Below the pieces are notes generated by a model, which was given only the letters and a program-made list of their open reading frames with translations, searched no databases and was not told where the DNA came from. Shown one piece after another: positions 50,049 to 62,122 of a stretch of DNA of 64,000 nucleotides (its first letter is position 1; the number at the start of each line of letters is the position of its first letter). The translations under genes and the position numbers were made by a program. This DNA comes from Octopus sinensis (lineage: Eukaryota): NCBI RefSeq assembly GCF_006345805.1, contig NC_042999.1, positions 22,320,001 to 22,384,000 of the forward strand. Reading direction: 5' to 3'.

Positions 50049-50875
50049 AAAATAGGATAAAATCTTTATAAGGAATTATCAAGTAGTTAGCGTGAAAATT
50101 CTCGTAAGAGAAAAAATCTGTAAACTTTTTCAACTTTGAAAATACTTATTTATATTATATAGAGGGTACTATTATTCATAGGTACCGCACGCTAGGAGGG
50201 ACTTTTGCAGTCAAAACTACTAAAATAAACAAATTGTACCGAATGCAAAACTTCAAAGCGAGTCATTTAAAAACAGAATTTAGTTACATATCACCTGTGA
50301 TTTCGCAATCAATGCAGAATATGCATTCTATGCTCTTCAGTGCAACGAACTCAAGACATGTAAGAAAAAACACAACATTATTTTAGTAGTTTGGACTGCA
50401 AAAGTCCCTCCTAGCGTGCGCTACCTATGAATAATAGTACCCTCTATATAATATAAATAAGTATTTTCAAAGTTGAAAAAGTTTACAGATTTTTTCTCTT
50501 ACAAGGTTTTTCACGCTAACTACTTGATAATTTCTTATAAAGAATTTATCCTATTTTTAAATTTATATTTTTCACCGGAATAGTTCAATACTGAATTTTT
50601 GTTTCGAATAAGCAAGATGTTACCGAAATGCATTGCGAAAAAGCCCGCCATTTTCATAGATATATAAAGATAAACTGTCGTAGATGCTGCGGCGAATTCT
50701 ACGGTTGGTTGTCGGGTATGTGATGCTGTGTTACAGGTGATATGTAACTAAATTCTGTTTTTAAATGACTCGCTTTGAAGTTTTGCATTCGGTACAATTT
50801 GTTTATTTTAGTAGTTTTGACTGCAAAAGTCTCTCCTAGCGTGCAGTACCTATGAATAATAGTACCCTCTATATA
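50045..50875. mobile_element. Inverted plus tandem composite repeat carrying a hammerhead motif; putative non-autonomous PLE or retrozyme-like insertion
   Basis: 50045-50228 is the reverse complement of 50378-50562; 50733-50875 is the reverse complement of 50156-50298; (TA)n on both flanks. Confidence 0.7.
50283..50346 (-). ncRNA. Canonical type-I hammerhead ribozyme (predicted)
   Basis: GUUGCA CUGAAGA GCA[...]UGC GAAA UCAC AG GUGA UA UGUAAC: all core nucleotides, G10.1-C11.1, stem I 6 bp (one G-U), monomer-foldable stem III. Confidence 0.8.
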
Positions 50876-50877
50876 TA

Positions 50878-50920
<43 letters not shown>

Positions 50921-51021
50921 ATATATATATATATATGTGTGTGTGCATATATATATATAATTATATATATATATATATATGGTGGTGTGTGGGTGTGTAT
51001 ATATATATATGTATATATATA

Positions 51022-51533
51022 CTAGCAGTATCGCCCGGCGTTGCTCGGGTTTGTAAGGGAAATAACTATATAAGCATTTTTAGAGAGTTACTTCCCTTAT
51101 AGATGTCAATTCGAGCTTTCTTAGCCATTTCTGTTTTGTTGTCTTCAAGCCATGAAGTCGTTGTTCGAAAAGAACGCTCTTCTCCTTGACAACGCTTTAC
51201 GACGTTGATTTCCTTACACTCCCTTCCACACAGCTTCACGAGGGAGGGAAGAAGGGGGAGAAGCAAACAGGTGCAGGTGTGACCATGGACGCCAACTCCG
51301 CCGCCATCGACACACGAAAAATTATGCATTAAAATGGAATAAAAAATGATGTTAAATTATTTTTTAAATCGTAGACTCATCGTAGACGCGCGCTAATACT
51401 CAAACGGGCTCGATATGAATCACGACTATAAGATACCCGAATTTGGTTAAACTGCACCGCAAAATGTGGGAGTAGTTAGGAATCTAAATCGAAGGGGACA
51501 GACACTCACACAACTACAGTTTTATATATATGA
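51022..51533 (-). mobile_element. Non-autonomous Helitron, 512 bp, same family as 32716-33115
   Basis: Minus strand A|TCATATATATAAAA ... CCCGAGCAACGCCGGGCGATACTGCTAG|T. Confidence 0.9.
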
Positions 51534-51739
51534 TATATATACATATATAATATCTATAATATATATACATATATATATTATATATATATTATATATATTA
51601 TATATTATATATATATATATAATATATATTATATATATATATATACATATATTATGCCCGGTATGTTATTTGAAACATTTGGAAGAAAGAGTTTTCAATA
51701 ACCGAAGCACAGTTTTTAATTTGTATATTTAGATTTAGA

Positions 51740-52450
51740 CGGAAAATATGTGTGAAGCTATGTTCATTTGCTATGCGTAAAGCTCGTGAGATCGTTTTCA
51801 CGCATGTTGTAGTGGATAAGCGCTTCCCAGCTGCACCAAACGCAGTTCATTTTCTGGCATGGATGTAGTTCTGGTTTGGCCTGAAGTATTGCTTGCTTGT
51901 CAGGATTCAGCTATTATTTCTTCTGCTTCATATAGACGTACAGGCATCATATTTTTCATCACCATTGACTATGAGGTTAATAAATATATTTTTGTGTCCG
52001 CGAATAACCTGCCATTGAAAGAGCAAATTGATATTGATAGAGGAACGCCAGAGTTCGTCTCTTTTACTCAGAGCACCAATGCACCGAGTTTTCTGGACTT
52101 TACTCATCGACTGAAGGTGATTGGCAGCTGTATCAGGATAGAATTTCATCTGCTGGAGCAACTTCTTAGTGGATTAGTGGATTAACGCGGATTCTCAAGG
52201 ATAAGTTCGTTCATTCGAATTCTCATTGAATTGAGAAGGTCAGCCGGAAAGCGACGAGTCTGTAACGTCGAATTTCCCGTCCTCCAAGCACAGAACCATT
52301 TCTGTATATTTCTTTTAGTTATGGCACCTTCTCTGGACGCTGCACAAATGTTTCGCGCGGTTTCGGAAGCTCTGGAAACTTGATTGAGAGTAAAGAAAAC
52401 TACGAGTCGAAAATTCTTATTGTTTTCTTCTTAGTACTCTATCGTCATAG
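51740..52450 (-). mobile_element. Degraded mariner transposase, N-terminal two-thirds
   Basis: ASETARNICAA, NIQKWF, GNFDVTDS.LSG, HLQSMSKVQK, IVNGDEKY and IHARK occur in mariner order with stops and frameshifts. Confidence 0.8.
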
Positions 52451-52579
52451 GTCTGGAAAGTGATCAATTTATTTTAATTTCAAAAACAATAAACAAAATT
52501 TGCAGATAAAGAATAGAGTTACAAAGGAACGTAAAACGATAAATAGATTCTTCGGGTAAATTCAAATAACTGTTTCAAA

Positions 52580-53000
52580 TTTTTCCACAAGGGCAGCCAT
52601 TTTGAGAGAGGGAATGAGCCGATTACATCGACCCCAGTGTTTCACTGGTACGTAATTTATCAACACCCGAAAGGATGAAAGGCGAAGTCGACCTCGGCGG
52701 AATTTGAACTCAGAACGTAACGACGGTCGAAATACCGCTAAGCATTTTGCCTGTCATGCTAACGATTCTTATTTCTTTATTGCCCACAAGGGGCTAAACA
52801 CAGAGGGGACAAACAAGGACAGACAAAGGGATTAAGTCGATTACATAGACCCCAGTGCGAAACTGGTACTTAATTTATAGACCCAGAAAAGATGAAAGCA
52901 AAGTCGACCTCGGCGGAATTTGAACTCAGAACGTAGCGGCGGACGAAATACCGCTAAGCATTTCGCCCGTCGGACTAACGATTCTGCCAGCTCGCCGCCT
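52580..53000 (-). mobile_element. SINE family A dimer
   Basis: Head near 52950-53000, long unit, second partial head near 52730-52770, then short-form tail. Confidence 0.85.
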
Positions 53001-53488
53001 TCGTGTCCATTCAAATAGCACTGGAAAGAAACGAACAAATTTTATCTGGCATCCGAATATGTACATATGAGCCGTTTCTTTCTTTTTTGAAGTAGTTTTA
53101 TCAATGTTAAACCATGCAATATCAATAGATTCACCACACCTTTCTTTCGCCAAAAGTGATTCGAGAGTAATGAAGTGTTTTTCTGTGTTGATCTTTGAAA
53201 ATGATCATAAACCATTATGATCGGTTCTTAAATGTATTTTTTCGTCAATTTCTCTGTTCATCATGACTAAGATGTTTTAAGATTGAAATATCAGAAGAAA
53301 AAGTAAAATTCCTTTGTTACATGTTTCTCTTTTTTCTTGTATTTTTTTGCTTCGTTTAATGCTTTTGTTATTTATTCAAATACAGGTTCACAATGCTTCA
53401 AACGTTTTGACGTAAATGTATGGAAATATATGCGTGTGCATTTGTACGTGTGCCATTGTATATGTGTCTGTATTATGTGTTTATGTAC

Positions 53489-53706
53489 AAAGGCAGCGAG
53501 CTGCCGAAATCGTCAAGACAACGGACAGAAAAATTAGCGGTATTTCGTCCGTTTTTACATTCTGAGTTCAAATCCACCGAAGTCGACTTTGACTTTCATG
53601 ATTTTGGGGTCGACGAAATAAGTAACAACTAGGAAATGGAGTCGATGTAATTGATTTCCCCCTTCCCTCAAAAATCAGGCTTGATGCCTATAATAGAAAG
53701 GATTAT
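53489..53706 (+). mobile_element. SINE family A short-form monomer
   Basis: AAGGCAGCGAGCTG head to GCCTATAATAGAAAGGATT tail. Confidence 0.85.
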
Positions 53707-53841
53707 ATATGTATGCATGCATGTATGTCATTATTCAGCTTTTTTTTTCAAGATTTCTTGCCAGTAGAGAAAGAACCGGTTTCTAACCTAGAAATAAGTT
53801 TCCTTCATTGGAATTTCAACATCAAAAACAGGGTATTTTTG

Positions 53842-53873
<32 letters not shown>

Positions 53874-53914
53874 TGTATGTATTACGTATGTATGTATGTA
53901 TGTATGTATGTATA

Positions 53915-54369
53915 TTTGAGAAATCTCGAGTTGCGCATGAGAAAGTAAGGAGGGATGTCAGGAAGAGCATCGCTGTTACACTTCCAGATGGGAAGGGTCT
54001 TCCTATGATGCTGACATGCAGTGTCTGTGCAAGACCCTGCTTCAGTAAAGCTGGACTCAACAGTCATCTTCGTAGTCATAAAGCGAGACAGATGAATGAC
54101 AACCTGGCCACTGGCGGTAATGTTACACACCATACTAATCATATCTGTCAGGCATGTGGAAGAGAGTGTCATTCGGCAGGAGGACTTAAACGACATGCAA
54201 AGGTACATGAAGCCCAGATACAACTACAGCCGGCTATTGCCGCTAAATGTTTTAGCTGCCAATTCTGTACAAGATCTTTAGCTGGGCTAAAAAGTCACAT
54301 TCGATCACAGCACCAATAACAGTTAAGCTTCGTGCAATGGCCATACTCGATAACGAGGGGGCAGCCATC
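53915..54369 (+). mobile_element. RTE-like LINE 3' fragment with three C2H2-type fingers, inside (ATGT)n
   Basis: FEKSRVAHEKVRRDVRK then CSVC..SKAGLNSHLRSH, CQAC..SAGGLKRHAKVH and CQFC..SLAGLKSHIRSQH; stop 54319; short 3' UTR ending GCAGCCATC then ATGT repeats. Confidence 0.7.
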
Positions 54370-54534
54370 ATGTACGTATGTGTGTGTGTGTATGTATGTA
54401 TGTATGTATGTATGTATGTATGTGTGTATGTATGTATGTATGTATGTTTTATGTATGTATGTATGTATGTATGTATGTAGTATGTATGTATGTATGTATG
54501 TATGTACAGAGTTGTATGTTTTATGTATGTATTC

Positions 54535-54876
54535 TCATGCATATAGTTGCATATCTAGACATGCTCATATATATTTAAATGATAAACTTCTGGAAAATTT
54601 TACAGATTTTTACAGTTCCAATGATGGATTGGATCTTTAGTCTTCGAATTAGCTTCCTCCTTTCTGGTTTTGAGAAGCCTAATTTCTCAAGATTGGTATT
54701 TAAGCAGTGTGTTACATATCCCAGGGCCCCAATAATTACAGGTGTAAACCCGAACTTGTAATCTGGATAGAGTAACTACAGATTTCTCAATAGTTCAGCA
54801 CAGGTATTCTCTTTTTCACTAATCTTCAGCTTTATGTTAACATCCGCTGGGCAGCTAATTTCCACAAATGTGCAAA
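54535..54876 (-). mobile_element. R4/Dong-like non-LTR element 3' fragment (end of restriction-like endonuclease)
   Basis: CTFVEISCPADVNIKLKISEKENTCAELLRNL*LLYPDYKFGFTPVIIGALGYV...LKIQSIIGTVKICKIFQKFII*. Confidence 0.8.
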
Positions 54877-55270
54877 AAAAAATTATATGTATGTATCTAT
54901 GTCTGTGTGTATGTATGAGTGTATGTATATGTGTTTGTATGTATGTATATATGCGTGTGTGTATGTGTGTGTATGTATGTATGTATGTATGTATGTATGT
55001 ATGTATGTATGTATGTATGTATGTATGCATGTGTGTATTTGAGTGATTCCCCTATAATCCATAAAGTTTTAAACCATATTTAGACAAATTTATATAAATA
55101 GGCGTAGGAGTGGCTGTGCGGTAAGCAGCTTGCTTACCAACCACATGGTTCCGGGTTCAGTCCCACCTCGTGGCACCTTGGGCAAGTATCTTCTACTATA
55201 GCCTCTTTCTTTTATTGAAATCAAAACTAGAAGTTTGACTCGAGTTTCATGCGACTGCGATGTTCAAGCA

Positions 55271-55315
<45 letters not shown>

Positions 55316-55336
55316 TGCGAGTGTATATATATTTCT

Positions 55337-55393
<57 letters not shown>

Positions 55394-57279
55394 ATATAAA
55401 TAACATATATGTATATACAGATAATATATATATATAAATAATATATATATGAATAATATATATACAAATGTACATATCTATACATCCATACATATATATA
55501 CATATATATACATATATACATACATATATATATATACATACATATACATATATATACATACATAGATGCATACATATATATATACATATACATACACATA
55601 TATATACATATACATACATGCATATATATACATATACATACATACATATATATACATATACATACACATATATATACATATAAATACATACATATATATA
55701 TATACATTGGAACTTTAGAATTCTTATGTCAACAATTTCTATATGGGTGTGTGTGCGTATGTACATTTGTATAGGTGCGTATGCTTAGTTCTCACACTGA
55801 TTTATAACTCTTTTAACTGCATTACTTAAAATCAGATGCCTTCTAAATCTGTTTATAACACTCAACTGCAATTTTTAATTTATTTTTCAAAGTAGGTCAC
55901 ACTGAGAATATTTAAAAGACTCAAATTTCTTTATCATTATTTTTATCGAAACATTTAAAGAAGTATAATAGGAAAGCTTTGGTTTCTTGACTTTGTCATT
56001 ATTGCTGTTTAAATTTTTTTTTAACCGAGGTTGCCATTTTTTTTTCTTAATTTTCCTTTAACTAATTAACTAACGTTTTTTTGTTAAGAAACTACACGTC
56101 GGTTAGTGGTAGTTTTATTTATACTTTTTGTGATACTTTTTGTGCATTTTTTTTTCCTCTGTCAACCATTTGGTAAATAAAAAAAAGAAGAAACAAGAAC
56201 TAAACAAAGAAACGAGACAGAAAAACTAATCAATAGTAATTCTTTCTGTATAGCTTTGCGATAAAATGGATTGGGATTGAAGTTAACTATCTGGAGTATT
56301 ACTAACCGAATTTTACCGGCAAAACAAGAACCTTTGAAAAGTTTTGCAATCATAGATAAAAATAAACTAAAATAAATAAAAACAAACTTTAAACAAAAGA
56401 TCAACAAAAAGCATATATGAATAAAGTATTCGCAGCAATCTACAAAGAATGGTAAATTGATTAGTTTTCACTCGTTCACTGCGTGGTTACCTTTTTTTTT
56501 CTTTCTTTGTTAGAATTTTTGTGCAGGGGTGGGGAGGGGTTAAAAGATTTTATGTTGATTTTTTTTTTTGTTTCTTTTATTTACATTTTTATTTTTTATT
56601 TTTCGGGTAATCTTTCATTGCTTCTTTCATTGTCGTTGTTCTTGTTGTAGCTGTAGTAGCTGCTGTTGTTCTTATGGTTATGTCTTTTGATTCAATTTCT
56701 ATTTCAAAAAAGGAAGAAAGGAAAAACGAAGATGGAAGAAGAGAAAATACAAAACGAGAACTTCTGATTTTCTTTTATTCTTTTATATTATGGCTATTGC
56801 TTTTGCTTTTTGTAGTTCTTCAACATCATAAATGATATTACTGGACATTTTAAGGGTTGTTTTTTTAATATTTTTAATCATGACATAGAGTTTGTTATTT
56901 TAATGTTTCTATATATTTCTTATCACATGGCTCCTATTCTTGTTTATTTTGCTGTTATTATTATTTTTTTTCTTGTTTTTCTTGTTGCTAACATTATTTA
57001 GAAGAGATCGATTGTATTGTTTCTTCTGTTTTGCCACTGTTTGCTGCCGTTCTCAAGATTGCTTTCGTCGTTATAGTGTTGTTTGTTGACTTTATCACTT
57101 GTAAAGAAACAACTTCTTTCATTATAATAAATTTGAAGAAAAATAATACCGAAGATAATTCTGCGTATAAAACACATGAATATGAGTAGACATAATTAGA
57201 TACTTAAGAACGTCAACATATGTTGGATGATGCTATTTTTCCAAGGACGTTTTATAAAGAGTTGCCTTTATACCAATAG

Positions 57280-57620
57280 AAAATACTGAGAGAAAATATA
57301 TGGATCTAACTGCAAATGAGTATAAAGAACGTTGAAGTCAATATCCAAGCTTCTTCAAATCCAGAAACAAGATTAACTCCACATGCTACTCCATTTTATT
57401 TGGACGTTTAAAGAGCATGAACCATACGGTTCCGCAATAATCTACGTAGTATTCACAGGGCTTTGCATATTTGAGTACATCACATGATTTCTGGTTTTGC
57501 TTGACTGAAAACTGCTCAACCTGAAGAAACTCTGGTATTGTTCAAAAACGAATCTTCACAAATGATTCTTTGTATTGACTCGTTTCCAACAAACTGATCC
57601 GGAAGTAATTCGAGAAAGAA
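57280..57620 (+). mobile_element. Degraded Penelope-like GIY-YIG remnant of a second lineage
   Basis: KYMDLTANEYKER, FFKSRNKINST, HFIWTFKEH and FCLTE appear in the order expected for a PLE endonuclease C-terminus. Confidence 0.55.
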
Positions 57621-58598
57621 ACAGAATTGTCTCCTTAACGAATGATAGTTTATCTTGCTAGTGACTATGAGACTTACAATGGCTTTCAAAAGCCAGCAAT
57701 TAACTTGCTTTTTTCTTTTCTTTTTGCAGACACGACATTCATATTCATATTGGTTGATTACTCTGTACAGCACCTTGATTATATATTTTCATGTTCCTTT
57801 TGAGTAGAGTCCAGATCGGCTGGACGATTCTTTGCTACATAAATCACATATAAATTGCTTGCATTCAACTTGAAACTTTTCAGTGTGTTTGCGTATATGA
57901 CTTGTGAAGCCAGTTCTGGAGATGTAAACTCGTTCTCATTCGTCACACGTATATATATATACATACACACATACGTAAGAACGTATACATATGTGTGCCT
58001 ATACATATGTATACACTATTACATATACATATGCACATACTAATATACTCGTAGATACTAATATCAATACATTCTTATCGCCCATCCCTACTTTAATGCT
58101 AATGTGCGTTTACGAATCCATTAACATGAATTTGTGGAGTTCAAAATAAGTATGTGAACGCAATTTTGCAAATGAATAGGCACAGGCGTGTTTGTGTGGT
58201 AAGAATTTTGTTTCCCAACCACACAGCTCCGTATTCAATACCACAGCGTGATACCTTGACTCTTTTACTCTTTTACTTCTTTCAGTCATGTGACTGTGGT
58301 CATGCTGGAGCACCGCCTTTAGTCGAGCAAATCGACCCAACACATATTCTTTGTAAGCCAAATACTTATTCTATCGGTGTCTTTTGGCGAACCGCTAAAT
58401 TACGGGGACGTAAACACACCAGCATCGGTTTCCAGCGATGTTGGTAGGGACAAACAGACACACAAACATACACACATATATATATATAAGCACATATACG
58501 ATGGGCTTCTTTCAGTTTCCGTCTTCCAAATCCGCAAAGGTAATATTAGGGGTCCGTGAACTAAATTCATTATTTCGTATATATATATATATATATAT

Positions 58599-58959
58599 AT
58601 CGAAGTCGGATGTAGAGAATTCGTTGAACACAGTGTGAGGCGACTGTTGTTATCGTCAGGCCTAACTCATCGTAAAGTAAATACCACCATGACCGATATC
58701 CAAACTACAGTGGAAAAGGCTAGCCACTGGATTTGGTTAAAAAGAGACGATGAGGGATGACTGGAAGAATATTGAGCAATATTTGATAACCTGTTAAAGT
58801 GGCAAGTGGGGCTTCATATCAGTGAAGGGGGTGGAATGCAATGATGCCGTTGAGAAGTAGGACCCGAAACGGTGCACGCTTTTCTCCTGATGACCCCATA
58901 CACTTGCTGGCTTCCGGTATGCGGAACTTTCGACCGGTAGCACAAGTTGTTTACAAAGC
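58599..58959 (+). mobile_element. Hero-like (restriction-like endonuclease) non-LTR element 3' fragment inside (TA)n
   Basis: IEVGCREFVEHSVRRLL...VEKASHWIWLKRDD matches the EVGCRGF...SxWLWLKR ending; about 180-bp 3' UTR. Confidence 0.75.
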
Positions 58960-58994
<35 letters not shown>

Positions 58995-59000
58995 ATATAT

Positions 59001-59204
59001 AGGCGCAGGAGTGACTGTGTGGTAAGTAGCTTGCTTATCAACCACATGGTTCTGGGTTCAGTCCCACTGCGTGACACCTAGTGCAAGTGTCTTCTACTAT
59101 AGCCTCGGGCCGACCAAAGCCTTGTCAGTGGATTTGGTAGACGGAAACTGAAAGAAGCCCGTCGTATATATGCATATATGCGTGTGTTGTGTATGTGCGT
59201 GTTG

Positions 59205-59235
<31 letters not shown>

Positions 59236-59430
59236 TGTGTGTGTGTGTGTCCAACATCACTTGACAACCGATGCTGGTATGTTTACGTTCCTGTAACTTA
59301 GCGGTTCGGCAAAAGACAGCGATAGAATTAATACCAGGCTTCCAAAAAATAAGTACTGGGGGCCGATTTGCTCGACTAAAGGCGGTGCTCCAGCATGGCT
59401 GCAGTCAAATGACTGAAACAAGTAAAAGAA
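59001..59430 (+). mobile_element. SINE family B, full length
   Basis: AGGCGCAGGAGTGACTGTGTGG head to GGCGGTGCTCCAGCATGGCTGCAGTCAAATGACTGAAACA tail. Confidence 0.9.
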
Positions 59431-61379
59431 TATATATATAATGATTGGCATATTAAAAGGGGCACGTGAGAAAACTCATTTAAATAAATGGGTTGGGAAC
59501 CACTAACAAAAACAAATATCGGCGCTACTTCGTCGTGTGAACTTCAACTTAAAGAGCGATTGTTTAGGTTATTTTTTTAGTTTATTTTCCAGTTTTTAAA
59601 ATCCCTTAAGATGTTGGCTACAGATTTTTAACAATAAATTCTTTTGCACATATTTAGCATTGTAAATGTATTTCTAAAAAATTCTTACTATTTTGATAAT
59701 AATAAAACCATGTTTCATTTATGTCTCAGTAAATAATAAGAAGAAACCAAGAATAAAGAATATGATCATTAAAATAAGCGCAGAGATCACACAAGTTTGG
59801 CAGCCGCAAGTTTTGCGACGTAAAGAAACTAAAAGCTAACCTAGAGTAATCGCCCTTGAAGTTGTAGATCACACACCAAAGTAGCACCCAAATATATCTA
59901 TATTAAAACCACATGTTCTATTTGAACATCTATTTACAAAATTTTAATTGTAAACTGACTCAATTCCGGATTTCATTGTCCCGTTTCATTAATGTTACTA
60001 CTTCGAAGTGTGGTGTATCTGAAAGTTAAGAAATGGCGTCCATTTGGATGCAAGTATAATCTAAAATGTAAGTATGTTTTGTACGCCTTATCCTTATAGG
60101 CTCAGTTCAGATTTTCAAGTAAATACTGAATCCTTAACAAAAATAATCTCCATTGCTTCTATCGTTCATAAATTACAAAAGCTGCTGTTATTACTATCAT
60201 TAAGATTTTGCCTTTGACGAAATTTTCCATTGGATGTCGTGCGAATGTTTTTTATCCTCCAGAATTCAGATATACGTCGAAAGTGATGTTATATCCCTTC
60301 TAGCCAGTTTTCGAAAGGAATGAATTTGGGCGTGATAAAATTTACTTACTGTTAAAGCTACATATCATTGAAATTTACTTGCGGTTAAAATTAAATTTAC
60401 TTGCGGTTAAAATTAAATTTACTTGCTGTTAAAATTACAAATCATTTAATAATAGCGTGGGTGGTAACTATAAATTTATACTTAATGATATTGATTAGGT
60501 AATTTTTTCTAAATGACAATTATTCTTTGAACACAAATACAATTTGCATAATAGCTACTACCAACATAATTAATACTCGCATAAATGCTCGTATATTAGT
60601 TTATTTCGTTAATTTTTTTTACACTTAAATATACACAAACAATTATTTGAGTGTCAACAATGAGTTAAGTTAAGCCTAATTTATTATAATCTAATGTTCT
60701 TTATTTAATTAGATATTTATTTCCTGCTTATTATTCATATATTTAAATAGTTGCATATTTATTATACTCGTGTGTATGCATATTTAAATAATAATTACGA
60801 AACATATGTATGTTTTACTTAATATGAAGCGATGTCGTTTAATTAAACTAATTAGTCCTATATCCTTGATTCCTTATGTTAGAACTGTTATAAATAAAAA
60901 AAATTCGTTTAAAACACTGGAATCGATAATATAAAAAAATATAAAATAATTCAACTGCACTAAGAGATTCGAGTTATTCTATTTCCGAAGAGCTGTGAGG
61001 TAGCGAAAGCTGAGGATTTTTACCTAAAACATTAAATATGTAGAATACAAATGTGTATGTGTTTGGATATTTATTTATAGAGAGAGAAAGACAAGAGATT
61101 AATATATGTTGAACTATAAATACATGCACTCACTCGTACGTATGTATGTGTGTGTGTGTGTATATATATATTGGCGTGCTCGCTTAGCCAGCGGGGTGGC
61201 GTCATTCGAAGGCTAAAACAATGCGAACGCATTGTGACCAGCGATGTGTAGCAACATCTGATGGTCTGGTCGGTCACGTGACGCCACGTGATATATATAT
61301 ATATGTATGTATGTATGTATGAACATATATATATATATATATATCAGACCACACACACACACACACGTACGTATATATA

Positions 61380-61415
<36 letters not shown>

Positions 61416-62070
61416 TGTATGTATGTATGTATGTATGCATGTATGTAGGCAATATGATGTCGACATGAAGAGGAAGACAGGTGTAGAGTACAATCAGAAT
61501 ATGAAGAAAAAGGAGGCGGAGGAGGAAAGAGAGGAGGAAGAAGGAAAAGAATTACAACAGGCACCATCGGAAGTCAATATTTTTGCAGATAGTTCTCTGT
61601 CGTTTGATTTTTGTCTTCTACAGTAATTTCTAGCAGTGAGAAAAATGGTGAGAGAGAGAGAGATAAAAAGAAAGAGGGACAGAGAAGAGGTAGACATACA
61701 TAACTGACGTATAAACAGAAGCAGGAAGAGACACAGAGAAAGAAGGCGATGAAGGAGTAAGGGAGTAACAAGCATGGGAGGCAGTGATAAAAGTGAATCA
61801 AACGTATACACTGAATTTTAAAAAACAAAAACAAGAATAAAGGAATATGTAAATGAGTAGAGGAAAAAATTTATTTCACATCATATGCAACAGAAGCAAC
61901 AAAAGCGAAGACGATGACAGCGATAGCAATAACAACAACAACAACAACAACTGCAGCGGCAACAAGTATACTGGCAGAAAAAAATTAAACCTAAATTAAC
62001 TGAAAGACTTGCTCTGCCATTTTCAAAATTGTTGCTAATTAGTATTTAACTGATATATATATATTATATA

Positions 62071-62122
<52 letters not shown>

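Noticed and set aside
53849-54319. Host C2H2 zinc-finger gene exon
   Set aside because: The ORF start is microsatellite, no TGEKP linkers, and the upstream FE..R...RR..RK motif and repeat tail fit an RTE-like 3' end better.
57695-57800. Strong splice-acceptor-like site (TTTTCTTTTTGCAG at 57729) as a host exon
   Set aside because: All three frames stop within about 30 codons and no product or donor can be identified; needs RNA-seq.
58860-58900. Permuted hammerhead GAAA...CTGATGA in the Hero-like 3' UTR
   Set aside because: No complementary stem II strands.
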